Assembly (NCBI GenBank): GCA_017744355.1
Contig: JAGIBK010000003.1
Location: 54,547 to 118,546, forward strand
Direction of reading: 5' to 3'
DNA: 64,000 bases
Origin: a bacterium
GTDB taxonomy: Bacteria > Cyanobacteriota > Sericytochromatia > S15B-MN24 > UBA4093
Positions 54,089 to 63,706 of the stretch are shown here, piece by piece. The translations under genes were made by a program, and so were the position numbers. Under the pieces are notes generated by a model, which was not told the DNA's origin, searched no databases, and saw only the letters and a list, made by a program, of their open reading frames with translations. Position 1 is the stretch's first letter. The number at the start of each line of letters is the position of its first letter.

Positions 54089-55249
54089 CTAGTCCTCGCC
54101 TCCGAACAGGTCCTTGCGGGCCTGGGCGCGCAGGTCGAAGCTGCCGCGGCCGATGACCGTCATCCCCTCGGCAAGGCCGCTCTTGATCTCCAGGTAGTCA
54201 CCGAAGCGATCACCCACCTGAACGCTCACCTCCCGGTAGCGATCGCCGCCCAGAGGGGCGTAGGCGAAAGAGCGGGCGTCCTCGCGCTGTACGGCCGCAA
54301 GCGGCACGCTGAGCACGCCCGCTCGGGGCAGGGCGATGGCGACCTTGACCGACATGCCGGGGCGCAGGCTGCCGTCGGGGTTGGGAAGGTCGATGAGGGC
54401 CTCGCCCGTGCGGCTCTCGGCATCCAGGACCGGCGAGAGGCGCACGACCTTGCCCTGATAGGGCTTGCCGGGGACGGCCACGAGCGAGACCGACGCGACC
54501 TGGCCGGGGCGAATCGAGAGGAAGTCCCGCTCGGCGAGATCCGCCCGGACCCGGACGATCGAAAGGTCCATGAGCGAGAAGAGGGGCGAAGCGGCGTCGG
54601 GGGACACGTACTGACCGACGGTCGCCGCCCGCTCCACCACGGTGCCGGCGAGCGGCGCTCGGACCACGACCATGGGGTCGATGCGGCCCCGGGCCTCGAG
54701 CGAGGCGAGCCCGCCGTCGGTGAGGCCCAACAGGCGCAGGTGCTCGCGGGCCTGGGTCCGGGTGACGGTCGCGGCCTCCAGGCGCTGCTTGGCCGCCTCC
54801 AGGTCCTTGGTCGCAGCCACCTCGGCGGCGATCAGCTTCTTGATCCGCGCAACCTCGCGCTCGGCCAGTTCAGCCTCGCTCCGGGCCTTGAGGAAGGCCG
54901 CCTGGGCCTCGCCGAGCTCCGCGCTCTTGAGGGTCGCAAGGGCAGCACCGGCCGCGACGCGATCGCCCGCCTTGGCGTGGAGGGCGACCAGGTGGCCCGC
55001 GATGGGGGGCAGGACCACGCTCTGACCTTCGGGACGCGGCACGATCTGGCCCATGGCCTCCTGCGTCGCGGTAAGCGACCGGCGCACGACGCTCGCGCTC
55101 TCAAGGGTGATGAGGCGGCGGGCGCTTTCGGGCAGAACCACCACGTCCGAGGCCGTCGCTTCGGCGGTTTCCGAGGCGGGGGCGGGCTCGTGCTTGCTGC
55201 AGCCCAGGAGGCAAGAGAGCGTGACGAGGCCCAAGAGAAGGGGCTTCAT
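54089..55249 (-). CDS. czcB: RND efflux periplasmic adaptor (membrane fusion protein), CzcB/CusB-like
   Basis: Lipoprotein-type signal (LLGC), coiled-coil hairpin region and beta-barrel domain pattern; stop 2 nt before czcA start. Confidence 0.88.
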   Translation of the reverse strand: MKPLLLGLVTLSCLLGCSKHEPAPASETAEATASDVVVLPESARRLITLESASVVRRSLTATQEAMGQIVPRPEGQSVVLPPIAGHLVALHAKAGDRVAAGAALATLKSAELGEAQAAFLKARSEAELAEREVARIKKLIAAEVAATKDLEAAKQRLEAATVTRTQAREHLRLLGLTDGGLASLEARGRIDPMVVVRAPLAGTVVERAATVGQYVSPDAASPLFSLMDLSIVRVRADLAERDFLSIRPGQVASVSLVAVPGKPYQGKVVRLSPVLDAESRTGEALIDLPNPDGSLRPGMSVKVAIALPRAGVLSVPLAAVQREDARSFAYAPLGGDRYREVSVQVGDRFGDYLEIKSGLAEGMTVIGRGSFDLRAQARKDLFGGED

Positions 55250-55273
55250 TGAAATATCTCCTTCGCGCGTGAT

Positions 55274-56491
55274 CTAACGTCCGGCGGCGCTTTCGAGCCG
55301 CAGGTAGGAAAGTTGGTAAGCCAAGAGGGCCTGGAGACGATCGGAGGCCACGTCCGAGAGGGCGTGCCGCGCGGCGGCGAGCTCGGCGATCGGACCGACA
55401 CCGGCCTTGCGGCGCGCCGTGGCCTTCTCGAGCATGTGCTCGGCGAAGGGCAGGCTGCGCGTGTCGATTTCCGCAAGGCGGGTCTTGGCCTCGAGGGCCG
55501 CGTAGTAAGCGGCGAGGACCTCCTGGGCGATCTCTTGATCCTTGACCAGGCGCTCGGCTTCGAGGCGCGCGGCCTCGGCCGTGGCCGCGGCACGTTCGCC
55601 CGCCTGGTTATAGCGCACGGGCAGGGGCAGGTCGAAGCCCCCGACCACCACCGGCTCGGTGTTGGCCGCCGTACCCAGCTGCGCCTCGATTTCGCCGTTG
55701 CCGAAGCGCAGCGAATCCGCCAGGCGCACGCCGCGCTCCTCGCGGCGGCGGGCGATCGCGATCTCTTGAGGTTCAAGGCGCTCTCGGCGCGCCTCGGCGA
55801 GCCAGGCATCCAGGGGCTGAAGCGAGATCGGCTGCGGAGCGACGAGCTCGGCGAGGGCGAGCGGCTCGCCCAAAGGACGTCCGAGCAGGAAGGCAAGATG
55901 GGCCTCCTGGCCGACGACCTGCTGCTCGGCGCCGCGGCGCGCAAGCTGGAGCTTCAGCAGCTCGAAGTCGGCGTCCAGGCGCTCGTGGGGGGCGAGCTCG
56001 CCTGCGGCGATCTGCTTGTTCACCCGGCCCACCTCGGCCTGTTGCCATGAGATGTCCCGGTCGTGGACCTTGAGGGCCTCGCGGACGCTCCAGAGGCGGT
56101 AGTAGGCCTCCTTGGCCTGGAGGGCCACCTGCTTCTCGAGGCGCTTCCGCGAGAGCTTCAGGATGGCCACGTCCTCGGCCGCCTGCTCTTTGCGCTGGCC
56201 GGCGAGGCCGCGAAAGTCGAGGGGCTGGCGCAGGCCCAGGGTGACCATGTTGTTGGCCGCCTGGGGTGAGAGCTGAAGCTGGCCGACGAGGCTCGGGTTG
56301 GCGGGGGCTCCGACCGCCGTCGCTCGGGCATCGGCGGCGGCGATGGCTTGATCCATCGCCTTGAGAGCGGGGCTGTGGGCCACCGCCGCGTCCACCACTC
56401 CGGCAAGCGAGGCGGCGGGCTGAGCCCAGACGGCGGCGGGTAGCAGGGCAAGTGCGCAGAAGGCAGCGAGCATGGTACGAGGCTGGATCAC
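55274..56491 (-). CDS. czcC: TolC-family outer-membrane factor of the metal efflux system, CzcC/CusC-like
   Basis: GTG at 56491 (GGAG 8 nt upstream) gives MIQPRTMLAAFCALALLPAAVWAQ signal peptide; alternatives are ATG 56473 or the track's TTG 56539. Confidence 0.78.
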   Translation of the reverse strand: MIQPRTMLAAFCALALLPAAVWAQPAASLAGVVDAAVAHSPALKAMDQAIAAADARATAVGAPANPSLVGQLQLSPQAANNMVTLGLRQPLDFRGLAGQRKEQAAEDVAILKLSRKRLEKQVALQAKEAYYRLWSVREALKVHDRDISWQQAEVGRVNKQIAAGELAPHERLDADFELLKLQLARRGAEQQVVGQEAHLAFLLGRPLGEPLALAELVAPQPISLQPLDAWLAEARRERLEPQEIAIARRREERGVRLADSLRFGNGEIEAQLGTAANTEPVVVGGFDLPLPVRYNQAGERAAATAEAARLEAERLVKDQEIAQEVLAAYYAALEAKTRLAEIDTRSLPFAEHMLEKATARRKAGVGPIAELAAARHALSDVASDRLQALLAYQLSYLRLESAAGR

Positions 56492-56687
56492 TGGGTGCTC
56501 CGTGTCGAAGGGGGAGGTCGCCTCCCTCCATGGTAGCAACGGTTCGTGAAAAAAACGGGAACCCCTCGATCGATGAATGCCCGTGCCAAACTCTGCCCGG
56601 GATCGAATTTCAAAAAAAACCCCTTCGGTCTATTTTTGCCTCGTGGCGGCACGACGAGCCGCCGTCCTCATAAAGGAGTGCGAACCT

Positions 56688-57521
56688 ATGAAGCATTTGA
56701 GCGCGACGATGCTGGTGGCGGCCATGGCGGCCTCGATCCAGCTGAGCGGCTGCGGCCGCATCGCCCCCGGCCCGGTGCAGGCGCCCCAGGCGACGGTCCA
56801 GACGGAGCGCACGACCAACTTCTTCGTGCTCGACGCCGCCGCCAGCAGCAACGCCCAGGCCCTTTCGACCGAAAGCACCCACGCCCGGATCCTGAGCCAG
56901 CTCGACCTCAGCGACACCCAGAAGACCCAGCTCAAGCTCATCCGCGCCAAGGCCCGAGCCCTCTACAACCGCGAAGAGATGAAGGCCAGATGGCAAACCC
57001 TCGAGGCCCTCATGAACGCCCCGACCCTCGATACGGCCGCCCTCAAGGCCTACGTTGCATCCATGGAAGCCGAGCACAAGGGCAAGATCGACGCCTTGGC
57101 GGCCTTGGCAGGTGAGATGCGCGACGTGCTGACCTCCGAGCAGCGCGATAAGCTGGTTTCGCTGGTGAGCGAGCAGCAGCCCGGCCGCATGGCCGCCCGG
57201 GCCCGCAGCGCCATCCGCACCAACGTGATCAACGCCCTGAACCTGAGCAGCAATCAGCAGAACACCCTCTCGGCCCTGCAGAACCAGATGGAAGCCCAGC
57301 ATGAGGTCAAGCGCGACGCCAAGCGCAAGGCCTTCATCGAGTTCATCGTGGACGGCAACCAGCTCGCCCTCGCCGAGAACCTCAAGCGCAGCATGGGGCA
57401 CGAGAACATCGACGAAGCGATCCAGTGGGTCGGCAGCCTGAGCCAGGATCAGCGCAAGGTCCTCGTCGAGAAGCTCGGCGAGATCAAGCAGCGGCACATG
57501 GCCCGCATGATGGCGGACTAA
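56688..57521 (+). CDS. Spy/CpxP/ZraP-family periplasmic protein with repeated LTxxQ motifs (lipoprotein)
   Basis: AAAGGAG RBS; signal peptide with LSGC lipobox; four LTxxQ-like motifs (LSDTQKTQL, LTSEQRDKL, LSSNQQNTL, LSQDQRKVL). Confidence 0.75.
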   Translation: MKHLSATMLVAAMAASIQLSGCGRIAPGPVQAPQATVQTERTTNFFVLDAAASSNAQALSTESTHARILSQLDLSDTQKTQLKLIRAKARALYNREEMKARWQTLEALMNAPTLDTAALKAYVASMEAEHKGKIDALAALAGEMRDVLTSEQRDKLVSLVSEQQPGRMAARARSAIRTNVINALNLSSNQQNTLSALQNQMEAQHEVKRDAKRKAFIEFIVDGNQLALAENLKRSMGHENIDEAIQWVGSLSQDQRKVLVEKLGEIKQRHMARMMAD

Positions 57522-57530
57522 GCATCCGGC

Positions 57531-57560
57531 AGGCCCCGGGGCGGCGCCGCCCCGGGGCCT
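57531..57560 (+). terminator. 30-nt perfect palindromic hairpin between the Spy-like gene and the response regulator (terminator/attenuator)
   Basis: aggccccggggcggc / gccgccccggggcct, followed by cttctctg (weak U-tract). Confidence 0.5.
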
Positions 57561-57581
57561 CTTCTCTGCTATGCTGGGGAT

Positions 57582-58265
57582 ATGCGCATCCTGGTCATCG
57601 AGGACGAGCCCCATCTCGCCAACGCCCTGCACGAGGCCCTCTGTGCCCAGGGGCACGCCGTGGACGTGGCACACGACGGCCTCGAGGGCCTCGACCTGCT
57701 GCGCGGTGCGCCCTTCGACCTGGCGGTGCTCGACGTGATGCTGCCGCGCCGCTCCGGTCTCGAGGTCTGCCGCGAGGCCCGGGCGCACGGGGTCGAGACC
57801 CCCATCCTGATGCTGACCGCCCGCGACACCCTCCAGGACAAGGTCCAGGGGCTCGATGCGGGCGCCGACGACTACCTGGTGAAGCCCTTCGAGCTGGCCG
57901 AGCTGCTCGCCCGGGTCCGAGCGCTCTTGCGGCGCAACGCGACGCAGAAGGAAGCGGTGCTGGTCGTGGGCGACCTCTCGCTGGATCCCGCCACGGGCGA
58001 GGTGCGGCGGGCGGGCCAAGAGATCAAGCTGGGGCGCAAGGAGCGCGCCCTGCTCGAGGCCCTGATGCGCAACGCGGGACGTACCCTCAGCCACGACCAG
58101 ATCATCGCCCACCTGTGGGATCTCTCCGCCGAGCCGAGCCCCGAGGTCGTCCGTGCCCACGTCAAGGGGCTGCGCCGTGCCATCGGCGATCAGGCGCCCT
58201 CGCGCCTCATCGAGACCGTCCACGGCCTCGGATACCGAATGAGCGCCCATGCTCCAGGCCCTTAG
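57582..58265 (+). CDS. OmpR/PhoB-family response regulator
   Basis: Receiver domain (…LAVLDVMLPRRSGL…KPFELAELLAR…) and winged-helix output domain. Confidence 0.92.
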   Translation: MRILVIEDEPHLANALHEALCAQGHAVDVAHDGLEGLDLLRGAPFDLAVLDVMLPRRSGLEVCREARAHGVETPILMLTARDTLQDKVQGLDAGADDYLVKPFELAELLARVRALLRRNATQKEAVLVVGDLSLDPATGEVRRAGQEIKLGRKERALLEALMRNAGRTLSHDQIIAHLWDLSAEPSPEVVRAHVKGLRRAIGDQAPSRLIETVHGLGYRMSAHAPGP

Positions 58266-59490
58266 GCGTCGCCTCAGCACCTATTACCTCAGCGTCCTCG
58301 CCTTGATCCTGATCGGGTACGGGCTCGGGGTGTACAGCTCCACTCGGGCGGTACTGCTGCGGGGCTTCGACGAGGTGAACCGCCACGCGCTCGCCAACTC
58401 GATCGGCGCTTTCCAGGTCCCCGGGGCCACCCTCGAGACCGTGAAGCACGAGCTCACCGAGATCGGCCTCGAAACAGACGAGCACCTGGCGCTGCTCAGC
58501 CCCGAGGGGCGGCTCCTGTACGCCCGCGGCGAGCACCTGGAAGCCGAGGCGCCCCTGAAGCCGGGGGCGACCACCTACCATCATCCGGACGGGGCGCTGC
58601 GCATGTACGTCGTCCCCCTCGAGAAAGATGGCAAGCTCCACGGTTACTTGCGGATTTGCCAGTCCCTGACCGAGACGGAGCGGACCCTGCGCACCCTGGG
58701 ACTGACCCTCGCAGGCCTGGTGCCCTTGGGCCTCCTGATCGCCTGGCTCGGCGGACGCTGGCTGGTCGGGCTCGCCGCCAAGCCGATCGAGGAGGCCCTG
58801 GAGCGAGAGCGGCAGTTCACCCGCGATGCGTCCCACGAGCTGCGGACCCCCCTCTCGGTCGTCCTCGCCCATTCCCAGCTGGCGCTCACCCAGGACCTGC
58901 CCCAGGCCGCCCGCGACAAGCTGGAGCTGATCGTCGCGACCACCCGCAAGATGAACGCCCTGGTCGCCGACCTGCTCGCCCTGGGACGGATCGACGCGGG
59001 CGGCGGGGGCGCGCCCTTGCGCTTCTCGCTCGCCGAGCTGCTCGACGAGGAGAGCGAGGCCCTTTCCCCCTTGGCGCAAGCGCGAGGCGTGGCGCTGGCC
59101 GTCACGCCCCAGCCGGACGGCGCCTGGGTGCACGGCGATCCTGCCCGCATCGGCCAGGTGGTCCGCAACCTGCTCGATAACGCCATCCGCTACACGCCAC
59201 AGGGCGGCTCGGTGAGGGCGGGCATCCAGGTCGAGCCCGGGGCGATCGTGCTCGAGGTGAGCAACACCGGCCCGTGGATCCCGCCCGAGCAGCAGCGGCT
59301 GATCTTCGAGCGGTTCTACCGGCTCGACACGGGACGCGCCGCCAACCCGGACGGCTCGGGGCTGGGGCTTGCGATCGCCCGGGCGATCGCAAAGGCGCAC
59401 GGCGGCGAGCTCTCGCTCGCGGCATCCAGCGCGCGCGAGACGACCTTTCGGCTGCGCCTTCCCCGACGCCAAAGCCCCCCGCCAAGCTAG
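58249..59490 (+). CDS. Sensor histidine kinase (cognate to the upstream response regulator)
   Basis: Two TM segments, H-box SHELRTPLSVV, HATPase_c with NLLDNAIRYT and GSGLGLAIA motifs; overlaps the regulator 3' end. Confidence 0.88.
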   Translation: MLQALRRRLSTYYLSVLALILIGYGLGVYSSTRAVLLRGFDEVNRHALANSIGAFQVPGATLETVKHELTEIGLETDEHLALLSPEGRLLYARGEHLEAEAPLKPGATTYHHPDGALRMYVVPLEKDGKLHGYLRICQSLTETERTLRTLGLTLAGLVPLGLLIAWLGGRWLVGLAAKPIEEALERERQFTRDASHELRTPLSVVLAHSQLALTQDLPQAARDKLELIVATTRKMNALVADLLALGRIDAGGGGAPLRFSLAELLDEESEALSPLAQARGVALAVTPQPDGAWVHGDPARIGQVVRNLLDNAIRYTPQGGSVRAGIQVEPGAIVLEVSNTGPWIPPEQQRLIFERFYRLDTGRAANPDGSGLGLAIARAIAKAHGGELSLAASSARETTFRLRLPRRQSPPPS

Positions 59491-59518
59491 GCGAGGGGCT
59501 TCGGGCCACAAGGGGCAG

Positions 59519-61552
59519 TTAGCGGCTGGCGGCGCTCAGGCGCGGCGGCTCGTGGGCGGCGATCGCAACGCGCCCCTCGCGGGAGAAATCGCTCGCCTGC
59601 TGCTCGTCCTGGAAGAAGGCGATGGCCTGCAGCAAGCCTTCGGCCTGCCCCCGCAGCTCGTGGACCGAGCCGGCGATGCCTTGGGTTGCGGCCAGGGACT
59701 CGCGGATGCCGTGGTTGATGTCCCCGATGGCCTTCAGGACCTGATCGCCCTCGAGCTTCTGCTCGCCGGTCGCCAGGGCCACTTCGCGGGTCATGCGGGC
59801 CATGACCCCGACGGCCGCGATGATCTGATCGCTGCCGAGGGCCTGCTCCTTGGTGGCCTCGGAGACCTGCCGGGTCATCAGACGCATGTTCTCGATGGCC
59901 CGGGTGATGTGGCCCGAAGCGGCAGTCTGCTCCTCGGTGGCGTGGGCGATCTGGCCCATCAGGCCCGAGGCCTCCGAGACCGCCGTGACGATCTCGGCGA
60001 GCGAAGCGCCCGCCCCCTGGGCGAGGCCCGTGCCCTCTTGGATCGCGACCTCTCCGTGGCGGGTGGAGGCAACCGCCTGCTGGGTCTCCTGCTGGATGCC
60101 CTTGATGAGGCTTGCGATCTCGCCGGTGGCGCGGGCCGAGCGCTCGGCGAGCTTGCGGACCTCGTCGGCGACCACCGCGAAGCCGCGGCCGTGTTCACCC
60201 GCCCTTGCCGCCTCGATGGCCGCGTTGAGCGCCAGGAGGTTGGTCTGCTCGGCGATGTCGTCGATCACCTCGATGATGTTGCCGATCTCGGCCGAGCTCT
60301 TGCCGAGGCCCTCGATGACGCCGACCACCTCGTCCATGACCTGGTGGATCCGCTGCATGCCCTCGATGGTCTGCGCGACGGCCTTGCTGCCGTCGTCCGC
60401 GACGCGCGAGGCCCGGGCCGCGGCCATGTTGGCACGCTGGACGTTCTCGGCGACCTGGGCGATGCTCGCGGTCATCTGCTCGATGCTGGCCGAGGTCTCG
60501 CCGACCACGGTCGCAAGCGAGTCGGCGTTGCCCGCGACCTGGGTGATCGAGGCGGCCATCTGGCCGATCGCGCTCGAGGTGGTCTGGACGTTGTCCTCGA
60601 GGGCCTCGGTGTTGCCCGCCACTTGCTGGATGCTGGCAGCCATCTCGCCCATGGTGCCGGTGGTCTGGTCGGCAGCGGCGGCCTGGATCTCCGAGGACTT
60701 GCCCAGGGCGACGGTTCGCGTGTCGATGAGCTCGGCGCTCGCGGCCACTGTGCGAGCGGTCCCCCGGACTTCGGCGACGATCCCGCGCAGCTGGGGCAGC
60801 ATCACGTTGAAGGCGTCCGTCAGATCCCCCACGCAGTCCTGGTAGCGCTTCTCCACCCGCTCCGGCAGCACGCCCCGGGCCATGCCCTCGGCGATCGCGA
60901 TCAGGCGCTTGAGGGGAACGGTGATGCTGCGGGCGATCCGCGTGGCGAGCAGGGTGCTCAGCACGAGGCTGAAGGCGCCGAGCACGCTCAGGCCCACGAT
61001 CAGGCGGTTGGCGAGCTCGCGGGTGGCTGCGGCCGAGGCGGCGCTCTCCTTGCCTACCGCCGCCTTCAAGTCATTGATGGCGGTGTTGAAGTCGCCGAGC
61101 AACTGGGGCATGACGGTCTGCTCGATGCGGATGATCGCCGCGACGTCGCCCTGCTCGCGAAGGCGGCGCTTCTCTTCGAGCTTGCTCTCGGCCGCCCCGC
61201 GGGCCCGGTCGATCGTGGCGAGGGCGGCGGCGTGGGGGGTGCCCGCCAGAAGCCGCTCGCTCACGCTCAGGGCCTCATGGTAGGCCGCGCGCGCCGGCTC
61301 GAGATCGGCGAGGCCCGTCGCGCTCCCCGAGATGATGTAGCCGCGCATGGCGATGATCTCGCGGTAGACGCCCAGCTGCATCCGGCGCAGCGAATCCTGG
61401 GCTTCGGAGAGGCGATACGTCTGCTCCTGGCTCGCCTGGAAACTCTGCGTCCCCCAGACGGCCACGATCAGGATGGCCAGCATGAAGGCGAGCGACACCC
61501 CTTGCGACACCATCATCTTGGGGCCGATCTTGAGGTCATATAGACGCTTCAT
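59519..61552 (-). CDS. Methyl-accepting chemotaxis protein
   Basis: N-terminal TM and sensor region, HAMP, and MCP signalling domain with highly conserved region (…[39 protein letters not shown]…); GGAGG RBS 5 nt upstream. Confidence 0.9.
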   Translation of the reverse strand: MKRLYDLKIGPKMMVSQGVSLAFMLAILIVAVWGTQSFQASQEQTYRLSEAQDSLRRMQLGVYREIIAMRGYIISGSATGLADLEPARAAYHEALSVSERLLAGTPHAAALATIDRARGAAESKLEEKRRLREQGDVAAIIRIEQTVMPQLLGDFNTAINDLKAAVGKESAASAAATRELANRLIVGLSVLGAFSLVLSTLLATRIARSITVPLKRLIAIAEGMARGVLPERVEKRYQDCVGDLTDAFNVMLPQLRGIVAEVRGTARTVAASAELIDTRTVALGKSSEIQAAAADQTTGTMGEMAASIQQVAGNTEALEDNVQTTSSAIGQMAASITQVAGNADSLATVVGETSASIEQMTASIAQVAENVQRANMAAARASRVADDGSKAVAQTIEGMQRIHQVMDEVVGVIEGLGKSSAEIGNIIEVIDDIAEQTNLLALNAAIEAARAGEHGRGFAVVADEVRKLAERSARATGEIASLIKGIQQETQQAVASTRHGEVAIQEGTGLAQGAGASLAEIVTAVSEASGLMGQIAHATEEQTAASGHITRAIENMRLMTRQVSEATKEQALGSDQIIAAVGVMARMTREVALATGEQKLEGDQVLKAIGDINHGIRESLAATQGIAGSVHELRGQAEGLLQAIAFFQDEQQASDFSREGRVAIAAHEPPRLSAASR

Positions 61553-61737
61553 GGTTCCTCCAAAAATCTAATACAGCTAGGCTTCAAGGCATCATAATTC
61601 ATCGGTGCTTAACGAACCATAAAAAACGGCTCGCGTAACACTTCTTCTCCAAATCTCCGGAATCAACCACGGACATAGATCCCATGGCACTTCAGTCAAC
61701 TCGCAAGTGACTCGAATTATGAAAAATCCCCGTCCAA

Positions 61738-61765
61738 GCGTCATCATCCCCGGGGATGATGACGC
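61738..61765. promoter_or_regulatory. 28-bp perfect palindrome in the divergent promoter region (candidate operator)
   Basis: gcgtcatcatcccc / ggggatgatgacgc; located about 110 nt upstream of the acyl-CoA synthetase ATG and about 190 nt upstream of the MCP start. Confidence 0.5.
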
Positions 61766-61872
61766 GGAGTGATGACAAGCAATCGCCTATTCGCTTGATT
61801 AACAGCCGTTTGCCTGCATTCAAATCCTGACTTGGCGGGTATGTGCTCCATGCCCGTCCAAAGGAGGATGCC

Positions 61873-63561
61873 ATGGTCACACCCGCCGCCGCCTTCATCC
61901 GAGCACGCGACTTCCTGCTCGCCCACCGCACGGACTACGAGACCGCCTACCGAGGCTTCGAGCCGCCGTCGCTTGCGCACTTCAACTGGGCGCTCGACTA
62001 CTTCGACCCCTACGCCCAGGGCAACGACCGCCCTGCCCTCATCGTCCTCGACGACGACGGGCGCGAGGAGCGCCTGAGCTTCGCGGCCCTTTCGGCGCGC
62101 TCGAACCAGGTCGCCAACTGGCTGCGCGCGCAGGGGGTCGAGCGGGGCGATCGCGTGCTGGTGATGCTGCCGAACGTGGTGCCGCTCTGGGAGACCATGC
62201 TCGCGGCCATCAAGCTGGGGGCCGTCCTCATCCCCGCGACCACCTTGCTCTCGCCCGAGGATCTCGCGGATCGCTTCGAGCGCGGCGGGGTCAAGCACGT
62301 GGTCACCGACCCCTCGGGGGCCGCCAAGTTCGAGGGGCTGCCCAACGCCTTCACCCGGATCGTGGTCGGGGGCGCTGCCGCGGGCTGGCGATCCTACGCC
62401 GAGAGCGCGGAGGCCTCGGCGACCTTCGTGCCGGACGGCCCGACCTCCGCCGATGATCCTTTGCTCATCTACTTCACCTCGGGGACCACGGCCAAGCCCA
62501 AGCTCGTCACGCACACCCACCAGAGTTACCCGGTGGGCCACCTCTCGACCATGTACTGGATCGGCTTGCAGGAGGGGGACGTCCACTACAACATCAGCTC
62601 GCCGGGCTGGGCCAAGCACGCCTGGAGCAACTTCTTCGCCCCCTGGAACGCCGGAGCCACGGTCTTCGTCTTCAACTACCAGCGCTTCGATGCCAAGCGC
62701 ACCCTCTCATACATGGTCCAGTACGGGGTCACCACCCTCTGCGCGCCGCCCACCGTCTGGCGCATGCTCATGCTGGAGGATTTGGCCTCCTACCCGGTCA
62801 AGCTCCGCGAGATCGTGGGGGCGGGCGAGCCCCTCAACCCCGAGGTGATCCGGCAGGTGGAGGAGGCCTGGGGCATCACCATCCGGGATGGCTACGGCCA
62901 AACCGAGACCTGCGCCCAGATCGGCAACACTCCGGGCCAGCCCCTCCGCCCGGGCTCCATGGGGCGGCCGCTGCCCGGCTATCGGGTGACGCTGTGCGAC
63001 CCGGACGGGCAGGAGGGGCACGAAGGCGAGCTCTCGCTGCGGCTCCAGCCCTCCCCTATCGGCCTGATGAAGGGCTACCTGGACGATCCCGAGAAGAGCG
63101 CGCGCCTCTTGGGCGGCGCCTACTACCCCACCGGCGACGTGGCGAGCCGTGACTCCGAGGGCTACTACTGGTACGTGGGCCGCGCCGACGACGTGTTCAA
63201 GAGCTCCGACTACCGGATCAGCCCCTTCGAGCTGGAGAGCGTGCTCATCGAGCACGAAGCGGTGCTCGAAGCCGCCGTCATCCCGAGCCCCGATCCCCTA
63301 CGCCTGAGCGTGCCCAAGGCCATCGTCACCCTCAAGCCCGGCCATTCGCCCTCGGGCGAGCTGGCACAGGCCATCCTGAGCTTCGCCAAGTCGCACCTCG
63401 CCCCTTACAAGCGGATCCGCCGGCTGGAGTTCGCCGAGTTGCCCAAGACCATCTCGGGCAAGATCCGCCGGGTGCAGTTGCGCAAGGAGGAGCTGGAGCG
63501 CCGCAAGCACGACGCGCGGGGCGCCCACGAGTACTGGGAAGAGGACTTCGCTACCCGCTAG
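61873..63561 (+). CDS. AMP-forming acyl-CoA synthetase (medium-chain fatty-acid-CoA ligase-like)
   Basis: AMP-binding motif YFTSGTTAKPK, TGD motif and C-terminal SGKIRR; AAGGAGG RBS 5 nt upstream of ATG 61873 (track ORF begins 10 codons earlier without RBS). Confidence 0.9.
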   Translation: MVTPAAAFIRARDFLLAHRTDYETAYRGFEPPSLAHFNWALDYFDPYAQGNDRPALIVLDDDGREERLSFAALSARSNQVANWLRAQGVERGDRVLVMLPNVVPLWETMLAAIKLGAVLIPATTLLSPEDLADRFERGGVKHVVTDPSGAAKFEGLPNAFTRIVVGGAAAGWRSYAESAEASATFVPDGPTSADDPLLIYFTSGTTAKPKLVTHTHQSYPVGHLSTMYWIGLQEGDVHYNISSPGWAKHAWSNFFAPWNAGATVFVFNYQRFDAKRTLSYMVQYGVTTLCAPPTVWRMLMLEDLASYPVKLREIVGAGEPLNPEVIRQVEEAWGITIRDGYGQTETCAQIGNTPGQPLRPGSMGRPLPGYRVTLCDPDGQEGHEGELSLRLQPSPIGLMKGYLDDPEKSARLLGGAYYPTGDVASRDSEGYYWYVGRADDVFKSSDYRISPFELESVLIEHEAVLEAAVIPSPDPLRLSVPKAIVTLKPGHSPSGELAQAILSFAKSHLAPYKRIRRLEFAELPKTISGKIRRVQLRKEELERRKHDARGAHEYWEEDFATR

Positions 63562-63581
63562 CCCTCGCTTCGAGACGCACG

Positions 63582-63616
63582 ACTCCCCCGGCCATCAAAT
63601 GGCCGGGGGAGTTTGC
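63582..63616 (+). terminator. Rho-independent-type hairpin downstream of the acyl-CoA synthetase gene
   Basis: actcccccggcc / ggccgggggagt stem with atcaaat loop, followed by ttgc. Confidence 0.65.
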
Positions 63617-63706
63617 ATGCGCAGGGGCCTCAGGCTCTCCGATCCGGCCGACGACCCGCGCGCCTCGGAGTGTTAGAACCGAGACGAAACGGCGAAGGAG
63701 GAAGCG

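Noticed and set aside
51364-61543. ORFs 51364..54156 (+, 930 aa), 56610..58280 (-, 556 aa), 59369..61543 (+, 724 aa)
   Set aside because: Antisense shadows of czcA, the Spy-like/regulator genes and the MCP gene; highly biased Arg/Gly/Asp/His composition and no motifs.
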